64,000 nucleotides of DNA from Geopsychrobacteraceae bacterium (GTDB lineage Bacteria; Desulfobacterota; Desulfuromonadia; Desulfuromonadales; Geopsychrobacteraceae). The notes under the pieces were generated by a model. The model saw only the letters and a program-made list of their open reading frames with translations, was not told the DNA's origin and did not search any database. Location: contig CAXXTB010000002.1 of assembly GCA_963676795.2 (NCBI GenBank), forward strand, positions 1 to 64,000, read 5' to 3'. A program made the position numbers and the translations under genes. Positions 20,582-29,635 of the stretch are shown piece by piece; positions within the stretch are counted from its first letter, which is position 1, and every line of letters begins with the position of its first letter.

Positions 20582-21388
20582 ATGGCATCGACAAATATTC
20601 AGAGGCGGGCTCAGGTCCTTTACCTTTCTCATGGTGGTGGTCCGTTGCCCCTGTTGAATGATTCCGGGCATCAGGCCATGATCGCATTCATGAATGAATT
20701 GCCCAAGGTCCTGCGCCACCCGGAGGCCATCCTGGTTATCAGTGCCCATTGGGAAGAGAGTGTGCCGACGCTGCTCGGTTCGGCACACCCGCCGATGCTC
20801 TATGACTATTACGGCTTTCCTTCGGAAACCTACCAGGTGAACTACCCTGCTCCCGGGGCACCGGGACTGGCCCTGCAGCTTGCCAGGCAGCTGCATGAGC
20901 AGGGCTTCTCCGCGGAAATCGATCCGCGCCGTGGTTTTGATCACGGAACATTCATTCCGCTGATGCTGATTTATCCCAAAGCCGATATCCCCGTCATTCA
21001 GCTCTCGCTCTGCAAAGGGCTTGATCCGCAGGCTCATCTTCAGCTTGGCAAGGCACTGCAGGAATTGCTCAGGGAAAATATTCTGATTATCGGCTCCGGC
21101 CAGTCGTTTCACAACCTCTATGAATTTTCTCAGCGGAGTGACGCTGTTGATCCGCAGAATGAAGATTTTCAGGACTGGCTGGCGGAGATCTGCGATCCGG
21201 CCATGTCAGAAAGCGAGCGGCAACAGCGACTGATCGCCTGGAAAGAGGCTCCCAATTCGCGCTACTGCCATCCCCGCGAAGAACACCTGTTGCCGCTGCA
21301 TGTCTGTCAGGGATTGGCGGAAACTGCGCCGCAGATCATTTTCGACGATCTGGTTATGGGCAAGAGGACGCTCGCTTTTCAGTGGTGA
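20582..21388 (+). CDS. Class III extradiol dioxygenase (LigB/DODA/YgiD family)
   Basis: YLSHGGGP, ISAHWE, YDYYGFP, RGFDHG, GSGQSFHNL and HPREEHLLPL motifs. Confidence 0.9.
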   Translation: MASTNIQRRAQVLYLSHGGGPLPLLNDSGHQAMIAFMNELPKVLRHPEAILVISAHWEESVPTLLGSAHPPMLYDYYGFPSETYQVNYPAPGAPGLALQLARQLHEQGFSAEIDPRRGFDHGTFIPLMLIYPKADIPVIQLSLCKGLDPQAHLQLGKALQELLRENILIIGSGQSFHNLYEFSQRSDAVDPQNEDFQDWLAEICDPAMSESERQQRLIAWKEAPNSRYCHPREEHLLPLHVCQGLAETAPQIIFDDLVMGKRTLAFQW

Positions 21389-21392
21389 ATTT

Positions 21393-21489
21393 TCTCACGC
21401 CCGTTCACTTTGCTCACTCGAGACGCAGAGGACGCTGAGAGAACCATTGGGTTTGCCTTTCTCTGTGCTCTCTGCGTTTCTGCGCGAGA
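21393..21489. repeat. 97-bp palindromic repeat (CGCAGAG subtype), copy 1
   Basis: tctcacgc...agacgcagaggacgctgagagaa...ttctctgtgctctctgcgtttctgcgcgaga. Confidence 0.9.
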
Positions 21490-21496
21490 TAGATTT

Positions 21497-21886
21497 TTAC
21501 AGGTTATAGCCATTCGAGAGCCGAGTAATTCCCTCTTTTAATACTGGGACATTGAAGTTGATGAGCAACCCAAGAGGTTTTTTCGCCAACCGCAGATATG
21601 TCAATAGTTGTTTCGAATGAACAGGCTGGAGTTTTTCCACCGATTTCAGTTCGATAATTATTTGATTCTCGACCAAAAGATCAAGCCTGAGGCCATCACT
21701 GGAAATTTCTTTGCCGCGATAAATGACTGGCAAGGCAATTTCTTTCTCTACAGAGAGATTGCACCTGGATGTCAACTCATCGAAGAGGCAAAGCTGATAC
21801 ACGGATTCCAATAGCCCGGGGCCAAGTTCACGGTGAACATCGATTGCTGCACCAATAATCGATTGGGTCAATTTGTTAAGATCCAT
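21497..21886 (-). CDS. GxxExxY protein (PD-(D/E)XK nuclease-like)
   Basis: VHRELGPGLLESVY, RLDLLVENQIIIELKSV and GLLINF motifs. Confidence 0.93.
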   Translation of the reverse strand: MDLNKLTQSIIGAAIDVHRELGPGLLESVYQLCLFDELTSRCNLSVEKEIALPVIYRGKEISSDGLRLDLLVENQIIIELKSVEKLQPVHSKQLLTYLRLAKKPLGLLINFNVPVLKEGITRLSNGYNL

Positions 21887-21914
21887 GTGTATTCCTTTTG
21901 ACTCTTTGAATCTG

Positions 21915-22011
21915 TCTCACGACTGCTCGCTGCACTCACTCGAGACGCAGAGAACGCTGAGAGAACCTTAGTGTTTGCCTTTCTCTGTGACCTCTGCGTC
22001 TCTGCGCGAGA
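21915..22011. repeat. 97-bp palindromic repeat (CGCAGAG subtype), copy 2
   Basis: Imperfect direct repeat of 21393-21489 on the other side of the GxxExxY gene. Confidence 0.9.
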
Positions 22012-22164
22012 TAGCTTTTTTGATTCCGGGTTTGGTCCGTTTATTATTTGAAAACACTATAGCACGATTGTCAAAATCGATGCCCTGAGTGAGATTATTT
22101 GAATCTCCTTGAATTGCCGGCAATTTCATGATAGAAGCACAGTCCTGCTGCGTAAAGGGTGAGA

Positions 22165-22656
22165 ATGGAACAGGCGGAACTTGATGAAAAGTTCATGCGC
22201 GAGGCACTCGCCGAAGCGAAGCTTGCCGAGGATCTGGGCGAGGTGCCGATCGGTGCGGTGATCGTTCATGAAGGCGAAATCATCGGTCGTGGCCATAATC
22301 TGCGTGAAACCAGCAACGATCCGACCACCCATGCCGAGATGATCGCCATCCGCCAGGCTGCGGAAAAGCTCGGCTCCTGGCGGCTGCTCGACTGTACGCT
22401 CTATGTGACCCTCGAACCCTGCGTCATGTGCATGGGGGCCATAATCCTCGGTCGAATTCCGTATCTGGTCTACGGCTGTCGCGATCCACGGGTCGGAGCT
22501 GTCGGTTCGATCTATAACCTGGCGCAAGATGAACGCTTCAATCATCAGCCAGAGGTTCGTGAAGGAATTTTGCAGCAGGAATGCAGTTTTCAGCTCAGCG
22601 ACTTTTTTCGTCGTTTACGTGAGCAGAAAAAAGCGTTAAAACAGAAAAACAATTGA
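22165..22656 (+). CDS. tadA: tRNA adenosine(34) deaminase
   Basis: GEVPIGAV, DPTTHAE and LYVTLEPCVMC motifs. Confidence 0.95.
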   Translation: MEQAELDEKFMREALAEAKLAEDLGEVPIGAVIVHEGEIIGRGHNLRETSNDPTTHAEMIAIRQAAEKLGSWRLLDCTLYVTLEPCVMCMGAIILGRIPYLVYGCRDPRVGAVGSIYNLAQDERFNHQPEVREGILQQECSFQLSDFFRRLREQKKALKQKNN

Positions 22657-22667
22657 ATAACAGATGT

Positions 22668-22755
22668 GGAGAGGTGTCCGAGAGGCCGAAGGTGACAGAC
22701 TCGAAATCTGTTGTCCCGCAAGGGACCGGGAGTTCGAATCTCCCCCTCTCCGCCA
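22668..22755 (+). tRNA. tRNA-Ser(CGA); integration site (attL)
   Basis: Anticodon arm acaga-ctcgaaa-tctgt, long variable arm, CCA. Confidence 0.97.
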
Positions 22756-22760
22756 TAAAT

Positions 22761-22798
22761 AACAAGGGGTTAGCTAGTTTTGGCTGACCCCTTGTTTT
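22761..22798 (+). terminator. Terminator after tRNA-Ser(CGA)
   Basis: aacaaggggttagc/gctgaccccttgtt stem followed by T residues. Confidence 0.75.
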
Positions 22799-22876
22799 GT
22801 TTCTCATTGTTAAATGGTACAGTTTTGGTACACTTCAAAACAAAAAAATACACCATTTGGCGATACAGGGGGAAAC

Positions 22877-23938
22877 GTGGCAACAATTCAAGAGCGAAAA
22901 TCTGCTGACGGAAAAACCAAATACCGGGTGATTGTTCGAATGAAAGGTTGCCCTCCGCAGTCGGCAACTTTCGAACGTAAGACCGATGCCAAAAAATGGG
23001 CACAGGATACGGAATCTGCCATTCGTGAAGGTCGTCATTTTAAAACCGTTGAAGCTAAAAAGCATACCCTTCGGGAAATGGTTGAGCGCTACATTGAAAA
23101 CGTCCTGCCTTTGAAACCTAAAACCTACAAAAATCAAAAAATGCAACTTGAATGGTGGGCTGATGTAATCGGCTACCATTTGCTCTCAGATGTAACACCA
23201 GCATTGATTGCTGAAAGTAGAGATAAACTTCTTTCCGAAACAACATATCGGGGAACAAAGCGTTCACCCGCAACAGTTGTTCGATATATGGCGGCAATCT
23301 CTCATGCTTTCACTATTGCCGTAAATGAATGGGGTTGGTTAGAGCATAATCCGGTTTCTAAGGTAAAGAAACCGATTGAGGCAAGGGGTAGGGTACGTTT
23401 TCTTGATGATGACGAAAGAGCGAGGCTTTTGGCCTCTTGTCAGGAAAGTGGTAATCACTTCCTTTATGTCATTGTGGTGTTGGCCATTACAACTGGGATG
23501 CGGCAGGGAGAAATCTTGGGACTGAAATGGAAAGATATTGATCTTTTGCGTTCCTGCGCGGTTTTGCATGAGACAAAAAATAATGAACGCCGCAGAGTTC
23601 CCATCCCGCAATTTGCAGCACAGTTATTAATTGAAATGTCAAAGGTACGTCGAATCGATAGTCCCCTTGTTTTCCCTGGCAATAAAGATCCACAAAAACC
23701 GATAGATATTCGCAATATTTGGGATGATGCAGTTACAAGGGCAGGATTGGAAGATTTTCGTTTTCATGATCTGCGTCACACTGCAGCATCATACCTAGCA
23801 ATGAACGGTGCAACTTTGGCAGAAATTGCGGAAGTTTTGGGGCACAAAACGTTGCAGATGGTGAAGAGGTATGCCCATTTGTCGGATGCTCATACTGCTG
23901 GGGTCGTAGAAAGAATGAGTAGTAAAATTTTTGGTTGA
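22877..23938 (+). CDS. Tyrosine recombinase/phage integrase
   Basis: TGMRQGEI, TKN, FRFHDLRHT and LGHKTLQMVKRYAH give the full R-K-H-R-H-Y set. GTG start after RBS aggggga. Confidence 0.95.
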   Translation: MATIQERKSADGKTKYRVIVRMKGCPPQSATFERKTDAKKWAQDTESAIREGRHFKTVEAKKHTLREMVERYIENVLPLKPKTYKNQKMQLEWWADVIGYHLLSDVTPALIAESRDKLLSETTYRGTKRSPATVVRYMAAISHAFTIAVNEWGWLEHNPVSKVKKPIEARGRVRFLDDDERARLLASCQESGNHFLYVIVVLAITTGMRQGEILGLKWKDIDLLRSCAVLHETKNNERRRVPIPQFAAQLLIEMSKVRRIDSPLVFPGNKDPQKPIDIRNIWDDAVTRAGLEDFRFHDLRHTAASYLAMNGATLAEIAEVLGHKTLQMVKRYAHLSDAHTAGVVERMSSKIFG

Positions 23939-24023
23939 TTCTGACTCGGCAGTACTGCAATTAAAAAAACAGAGGAAATTTAAGGGGAAAAAATTTCAGA
24001 GAAATTGTTTTGAGTGAATAAGT

Positions 24024-24064
24024 AAAAACGCCACCGACTGGTTTAATACTGGTCTGTGGCGTTT
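24024..24064 (-). terminator. Probable terminator (minus strand or bidirectional)
   Basis: aaacgccac...gtggcgttt hairpin with an A5 run on the left. Confidence 0.55.
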
Positions 24065-24134
24065 ACGTTTTGTCTAGAAAAGATTACCTCTACGGCAATG
24101 AGGTCGGTCCGCAATAGTGGACACCATGTTATAG

Positions 24135-25007
24135 TCAGGCAGCCCCTTGCTGCCTGATGAATTTCTTCCAGTATGCCGCCGGGGAGAGATTGCCCAAGCT
24201 GGCATGTCGTCTCTGCCGATTGTAGAACATCTCGATATACTCTCTGATCTCAATGACAGCTTGCTGCCGGGTGCGATACTTCCGGTGGTGGACCAGTTCC
24301 CGTTTGAGCGTGCCGAAGAAGCTCTCCATCGAGGCGTTGTCCCAGCAGTTCCCCTTGCGGCTCATCGACGGCTTCATCTCGAATTGCTTCATCAGCTTCT
24401 GGTAGCGGCGCGAGCAATACTGGCTGCCGCGATCCGAATGGTGGATCAACCCTTTCGGTGGCCGCCGGGCAGCAACGGCGCGGAAGAGGGCGCGGCCAAC
24501 CAGGTCTTGCGTCATCCTATGGCTCATGGCGTAGCCGACGATTTCCCGGTTCCAGAGGTCCTTGATCGCCGCCAGGTAAAGCCAGCCTTCTTCGGTGGCG
24601 ACATAGGTGATATCCGCCACCCAGGCCTTGTTCGGCCCTGATACTGCGAAATCCTGGTTCAGCAGATTCGGAGCAACCGGCAGCTTGTGGTTCGAGTCGG
24701 TGGTTGACTTGTACTTCTTAACCTGCTTGCATCGCAGGTCCATTTGGCGGCGCAGGCGCTTGATCCGGTTCAGCCCGACCTCGACCTTCTCGACGTCAAG
24801 CAGTTCATCCTGAATCTTCTCCGGCCCGTAGGCGCCTCGGCCCCGCTCATGGGCCGCCTTGATCGCCACTTTGAGTCGTTCGTCCTCCTGCTTGCGGGCT
24901 GACGGCTTGCGATTCTTCCAGGCATAGTAGCCGCTTTTCGATACGCCGAGTGTCCGGCACATCGGATCGACGGAGAAACCCTGCTCCTTGCGCAGCTCGT
25001 CGATCAT
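24135..25007 (-). CDS. IS3 transposase OrfB (DDE)
   Basis: WVADITY, HHSDRGSQY and GNCWDNASMESFFGTLKRE motifs. Confidence 0.95.
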   Translation of the reverse strand: MIDELRKEQGFSVDPMCRTLGVSKSGYYAWKNRKPSARKQEDERLKVAIKAAHERGRGAYGPEKIQDELLDVEKVEVGLNRIKRLRRQMDLRCKQVKKYKSTTDSNHKLPVAPNLLNQDFAVSGPNKAWVADITYVATEEGWLYLAAIKDLWNREIVGYAMSHRMTQDLVGRALFRAVAARRPPKGLIHHSDRGSQYCSRRYQKLMKQFEMKPSMSRKGNCWDNASMESFFGTLKRELVHHRKYRTRQQAVIEIREYIEMFYNRQRRHASLGNLSPAAYWKKFIRQQGAA

Positions 25008-25312
25008 CGCGTACCTCCCCGCGGCTCCTTTGCAAGGTACGCCATAGCCTTTTTTAGGATTTCCTTCTCCAGCCGGGCTTCGGCCAGCTCTTTCCGCAAC
25101 CGGGAGACCTCGGCCTCCAACTCAGATACGTTATGGCTGCCGTGGGCCTTTAGGCCGGTGGTGCCATGCTTCTTGATCCAGTTGCGCAGCGTCTGCTGCG
25201 ATACGCTCAAACGCCGCCCAACTTCGGCAACCGTCAAGCCGCCATCGATGACTAGGCTGACGGCCTCCTCCTTGAATTCCAATGTGAAAAACTGCCTCGG
25301 TATGCGTTCCAA
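25004..25312 (-). CDS. IS3 transposase OrfA (HTH); -1 frameshift into OrfB
   Basis: HTH plus zipper. A-AAA-AAG slippery site at 25049-25055; its -1 frame is open into the OrfB ATG. Confidence 0.93.
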   Translation of the reverse strand: MERIPRQFFTLEFKEEAVSLVIDGGLTVAEVGRRLSVSQQTLRNWIKKHGTTGLKAHGSHNVSELEAEVSRLRKELAEARLEKEILKKAMAYLAKEPRGGTR

Positions 25313-25374
25313 TGGACACCTCCTTGAGCCTCGCAGGCTATCAGATTGGTGTCCACTTTTTCCAGCCTACCTCA

Positions 25375-25856
25375 CACAAATCAGCCCGACTTGGTTTCAG
25401 GGTGATTTTTGTTCCCCCTTGCGAAAGTATGAGGAGAATAATCATTTCGACTGCACTTTTTGCCCCTAGATGCCAAAGCGTTTCTGAACGGATTTCTGCC
25501 ATGATACTTGGCTTGGATTGGGGTGTTTTCCAAGAGCCAATAAGAAGGGTGAATTCTTTGTTCTGAATTAGCCATTCGTACCCTTTGCTGCCATGTGGTT
25601 TTAGGGTGAATTGCCATTTGATTTTATTTTCGCCGTACACGAAGAAACCGGGAGTTTCATTGCGGGTACTTTTTGCGATGTCTTTGAGGTGATTCAGGTA
25701 GTCAAATAAATCCGAATTTGCCCAATGAACGTCTATGGCCAAATTTAAAGAGTCCAAACCTGATGCGAGAATTCGAGCGGGTGTGGTGTCTGTATTCACC
25801 TTTGAGGGGGGGCTGATAGTCATCAGCCCCGTTTGTGAATCTTGATTTTTCTCCAT
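25375..25856 (-). pseudogene. Truncated replication-initiation factor (Rep_trans-like), cut by IS3
   Basis: ASGLDSLNL and KPSRADLC resemble this family's GvDsLyl and sRvDl motifs; the sequence runs straight into the IS end. Confidence 0.6.
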
Positions 25857-25976
25857 TTTTATCTCCTCTGATCATAATTGAACTGCAAGCTGATTCTTGC
25901 GTCGTTCTTGTATTCGGAGATTACGGGATGATTAAATGGAGAGCCCTCACAAGTAGGAAAGATTTTTTGTGAGACT

Positions 25977-26858
25977 TCAGGTAGTAGAGGGGACGAGACG
26001 TTTTATTGCCATGTAGAAAGCGTGTGGGCTTTCTGGTATGTCTGGATCTACAAGGCCTTGTCCGCAGTCTTGAGCGATTGCATCAAAAAGGGAGCGAATG
26101 TCAGGTTCATTAAGCCGGTGATTAAATTCAATTGAGATTTGGGTAATCATCGCTGCGTATAAGACCTTAAACTTTTTCAGTGGGATTTTATCAAGAGGTC
26201 GTTTTAGTGCATCGTGGACTTGCTCGAACTTCGCGCTATTGGTTAAACGAAGTTCGTGAATGTATCGGGCTATTTTTCTGTCAAAGATGGCTGATGGGTC
26301 TATTTTTACCAGTTTTAGAAGGCTTTTAAAGTCTCTCTGGCGGGCGCTTCGGAGGAGCTGTGCTGGGGCTGTGAAGCATAGGATCGCACAAGGAACTTGA
26401 ACTCTTAAGAAAAAATAGAATTCAGTAAAATTGAAATGGTTTTCAAACTGTTCCATTGGGTTTTCTTTTTCAAATTCTTCTTCTGAAATATTGTATGAGT
26501 TTAAATATTCTTCAAGAATTTTTTCTTCACTTTCAAGTTTGAGATTGTCGAGGTCGTAGCCAGATTTTTTGAAATTTTCGGGAAGGCTTTTTAGGTTGTT
26601 AAATGATCCTGTAGGGAATTGAAACAATTGCCACACGTAGGTGTTAATGTTTTGATGTGTTCGAAAGAGTTTGAGCCATGAATCAAGGTCTGGTACGACA
26701 TCCTTGCCAAACATCATGTCGTTTTCGTGCACTTCCTTGACTAAGACGTAGGCAATTTTTGACATTTGAACTTGTGAATGGGCAAGCATAGCCAGTAGAG
26801 GGGGCTTGTCCTTGGCCCATTTTTTGAAATTTTTAGTGCTTAACATGAATTTTTCCAT
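25977..26858 (-). CDS. Hypothetical protein (island-borne)
   Basis: 293-codon ORF in AT-rich DNA; no recognised motif. Confidence 0.75.
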   Translation of the reverse strand: MEKFMLSTKNFKKWAKDKPPLLAMLAHSQVQMSKIAYVLVKEVHENDMMFGKDVVPDLDSWLKLFRTHQNINTYVWQLFQFPTGSFNNLKSLPENFKKSGYDLDNLKLESEEKILEEYLNSYNISEEEFEKENPMEQFENHFNFTEFYFFLRVQVPCAILCFTAPAQLLRSARQRDFKSLLKLVKIDPSAIFDRKIARYIHELRLTNSAKFEQVHDALKRPLDKIPLKKFKVLYAAMITQISIEFNHRLNEPDIRSLFDAIAQDCGQGLVDPDIPESPHAFYMAIKRLVPSTT

Positions 26859-27031
26859 TTATAAGTTTATGTATTTTGGCATGAGTCAAAGATAAGATTT
26901 CCTGAAAGTAAGGTTGACTGAAAAAGTATTGATAGATATTTATGAGTTTGATTGTTTTAAGGCTGAATTCTCATAAACGAATTGCTACTGATTAGATTCA
27001 AAACCTGAATTTTCCATTATAGGGGATATGT

Positions 27032-29494
27032 ATGATCAAATGTTTTCTTTCACACAGCAGCGTGGATAAGGGGCTCTATGTTGAAACAGTTGCTAGGATT
27101 CTTAGTAAGGAAAATATTATATATGATGAATATACATTTGAAGAGGGTATGCCTCCATTAGAAGAGATTCTCAAAGGTTTAGGGGTTTCGGACATCTTTG
27201 TGCTTTTTATATCAAACAATTCTCTAGAAAGCGAATGGGTTCAAGCGGAGATTGTCGAAGCAAAAGAATTGCTTGACGACGGAGAAATTAAGAGAATCTT
27301 TCCTGTGATTATTGATAAGGATATTGACTACACTGATGGAAGAATTCCTGCCTGGCTCAGGGATGGCTACAATTTAAAATTAATCAATAGGCCAACTGTT
27401 GCTGCGAGAAGGATAAAGCAGCGAATGCGGGAGGTAAGTTGGCAATTGCATCCAAGATTGAAGGAACGTGAGTCGTTATTTGTTGGAAGAAACGAGATTA
27501 TTTCCTCAGTAGAAGAACGGATTGATGATTTTGATAAACCAAAGCCATTTTGCATAATAGCTTCTGGTATTGAAGGTATAGGAAGGAAGTCTTTATTAAA
27601 ACAATCATTTAAAAAGGGTAATATTGTTGGTTTTTCTTATGAATTCCCCGTTATCAGTTTTAGTCAGCATGAAAGTTTGGAAGATTTTATATTGAAAATA
27701 TATGATCTTGGTTTTTCAGAAGAAAAAGATATTAAAAATCTTATTGGAAAAACTATAGAAGAAAAAATTAGTATTTCTATTGATTTGATCAACGATGTCG
27801 TAAATTGTAAGGAACGCATATTAATTATAGATGATGGGTGTATAGTGCGCTTTGATAGAAATATAGCTGGTTGGTTTATGTTGATAATTGATGGTTTAGA
27901 AAATAATGATTATATATTATTTGCGATAGCTTCAAAGTTTAGATTGAATAGGTCGGTTTTAAGAGGAGTAGACACTGTTTTTCCTATCGAAGTTCCAGAG
28001 CTTGATGTAAAAGAAAGGTCTGGTCTTTTAAGTAGATATTGTAGTTTTGAAAAATTAAATCTTTCAAGAGAGGATCTTAGGCTTTTTTCAGAACTCTTAA
28101 ACGGATTTCCAGAACAGGTTTTTTATACTGTCGACTTGATTCGTGATGTTGGAATAATTGAGGCCAAAAAAAGAACTTATGAGATAGTTGAATTTAGTTC
28201 AGAAAGAGCAAGTAGGATTTTAAAAAAATATGAAGATAATGATAATGTAATGGATTTTATTTCTTTGATCGCACATTTTGATTTTATTAGCCATGATTTT
28301 ATTTGTGACATTGTTAATGATGATGATTTTGTAGAAAATACTTTGGATGATTTGATTACAACTTCAGTTTGTGAGGTAATCGGAGCTGGAAAAGAATATA
28401 TAAGGATGAACGATGCTATTAGGGATTATGTAAGAAGGACAACATTTAAAATTCCAGATAATTATAGAAAGAGAATAGAACATCATGTTGGGGAATTTCT
28501 AAAATCATACAAAGAAGAAGAAAAGGATGTCTCTGATTACTTATTTTCTCTTAAGGAAGCTCTTTTGTCTGGAGAAAAGGTTGATCAGTCATACTTAATC
28601 CCATCTCACTTTCTAAAAACAATGAAGGATTTATACGATCAATATAGAAGATATGATGATGTAATTAACTTGGCTGATAGGGTTCTTCAGAGTGATAGGT
28701 ACTTAGATGAAACAATTAAGAGGAATATTAGATATTATTTGTGCCTTTCTCTTGCTAGGAAAAGAAGTGATCGGTTTTTGAGAGAAGTTCAGTTTATTAA
28801 TGGGTCTGATCATAATTTCTTGTTTGGTTTTTATTGTCGATTAAAGGGAAGATATGAAGATGCGATTGATAGGCTTAACAGGGCTTTAGGGGAAAGGGAA
28901 AACTTTTCAAGTGCAAGAAGGGAGCTAGTTCAGGTTTATAGTTTTATAGAAGATTTTGAAAGTGCCCTTTCTCTTGCTAAGAGGAATTACGAAGAAAATA
29001 GGTTAAATCCATATCACATACAAGCATACTTTAATTGTTTGTTAAAAAGTAGTAGGCCTTTTGAAAATACTAAAGAGCTTGAAAAGTTATTGGATAGTTT
29101 TTCCAAAGTAGATACGGATGTTTCTAACGAAATGTACTTGAGGGCATTGTCTGAGTTTCATGCAATAAATAAAAATGATTATAAATCTGCGATAGAGGTT
29201 ATCAATGATTGTGTTGCTCAGTTTCCTGATAGTGTTTATTCTAATTTGACAAAATTTGATATTTGCGAGCGTTCTTCCAATATTAGTTGTATGGTCGAGG
29301 CATTAGGTGTCTTGAGGGGGATTATCGATAAGAGCTCCTATTTTTATAATGCCTTGTTGAGGGCTGAATGTTTACTGCTAGCTCATCAAGGGGAGAAGGA
29401 CAGGGCCGAGAACTTGTTGCATAGGAATCTGGGTGATTTTCCATTAACGTATCGTGAGAGGATTAGGCAGCGTATTTCAACGATTGTTGGCTGA
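27032..29494 (+). CDS. TIR - STAND-like NTPase - TPR protein (NLR-like, putative anti-phage)
   Basis: CFLSHSS...FVLFISNNSLESEWVQAEI (TIR), FVGR, GIEGIGRKS, ILIIDDG, LNGFPEQ and a helical TPR-like C-terminus. Confidence 0.85.
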   Translation: MIKCFLSHSSVDKGLYVETVARILSKENIIYDEYTFEEGMPPLEEILKGLGVSDIFVLFISNNSLESEWVQAEIVEAKELLDDGEIKRIFPVIIDKDIDYTDGRIPAWLRDGYNLKLINRPTVAARRIKQRMREVSWQLHPRLKERESLFVGRNEIISSVEERIDDFDKPKPFCIIASGIEGIGRKSLLKQSFKKGNIVGFSYEFPVISFSQHESLEDFILKIYDLGFSEEKDIKNLIGKTIEEKISISIDLINDVVNCKERILIIDDGCIVRFDRNIAGWFMLIIDGLENNDYILFAIASKFRLNRSVLRGVDTVFPIEVPELDVKERSGLLSRYCSFEKLNLSREDLRLFSELLNGFPEQVFYTVDLIRDVGIIEAKKRTYEIVEFSSERASRILKKYEDNDNVMDFISLIAHFDFISHDFICDIVNDDDFVENTLDDLITTSVCEVIGAGKEYIRMNDAIRDYVRRTTFKIPDNYRKRIEHHVGEFLKSYKEEEKDVSDYLFSLKEALLSGEKVDQSYLIPSHFLKTMKDLYDQYRRYDDVINLADRVLQSDRYLDETIKRNIRYYLCLSLARKRSDRFLREVQFINGSDHNFLFGFYCRLKGRYEDAIDRLNRALGERENFSSARRELVQVYSFIEDFESALSLAKRNYEENRLNPYHIQAYFNCLLKSSRPFENTKELEKLLDSFSKVDTDVSNEMYLRALSEFHAINKNDYKSAIEVINDCVAQFPDSVYSNLTKFDICERSSNISCMVEALGVLRGIIDKSSYFYNALLRAECLLLAHQGEKDRAENLLHRNLGDFPLTYRERIRQRISTIVG

Positions 29495-29635
29495 TGTGTT
29501 TGGTACACTCTTGGTACACTTTGGTACAAAAAATAGCAAAATCCAACAAAAGATAAAGGAATAATTATATCCATAAATAACCGAAAAAACAGCAAGAAAT
29601 GTTTTTTGGCGTTTTGTGGTTTTTCGTGGTTTTCC

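Larger units (their letters stand above)
24099..25374 (-). mobile_element. IS3-family insertion sequence (1276 bp)
   Basis: 28-bp imperfect TG...CA terminal IRs (tgaggtcggtccgcaatagtggacacca vs tgaggtaggctggaaaaagtggacacca) enclosing orfA/orfB. Confidence 0.95.

Noticed and set aside
22814..22876. Extended N-terminus of the integrase
   Set aside because: It overlaps the TGGTACA sites and lacks an RBS; the GTG at 22877 has a good RBS.
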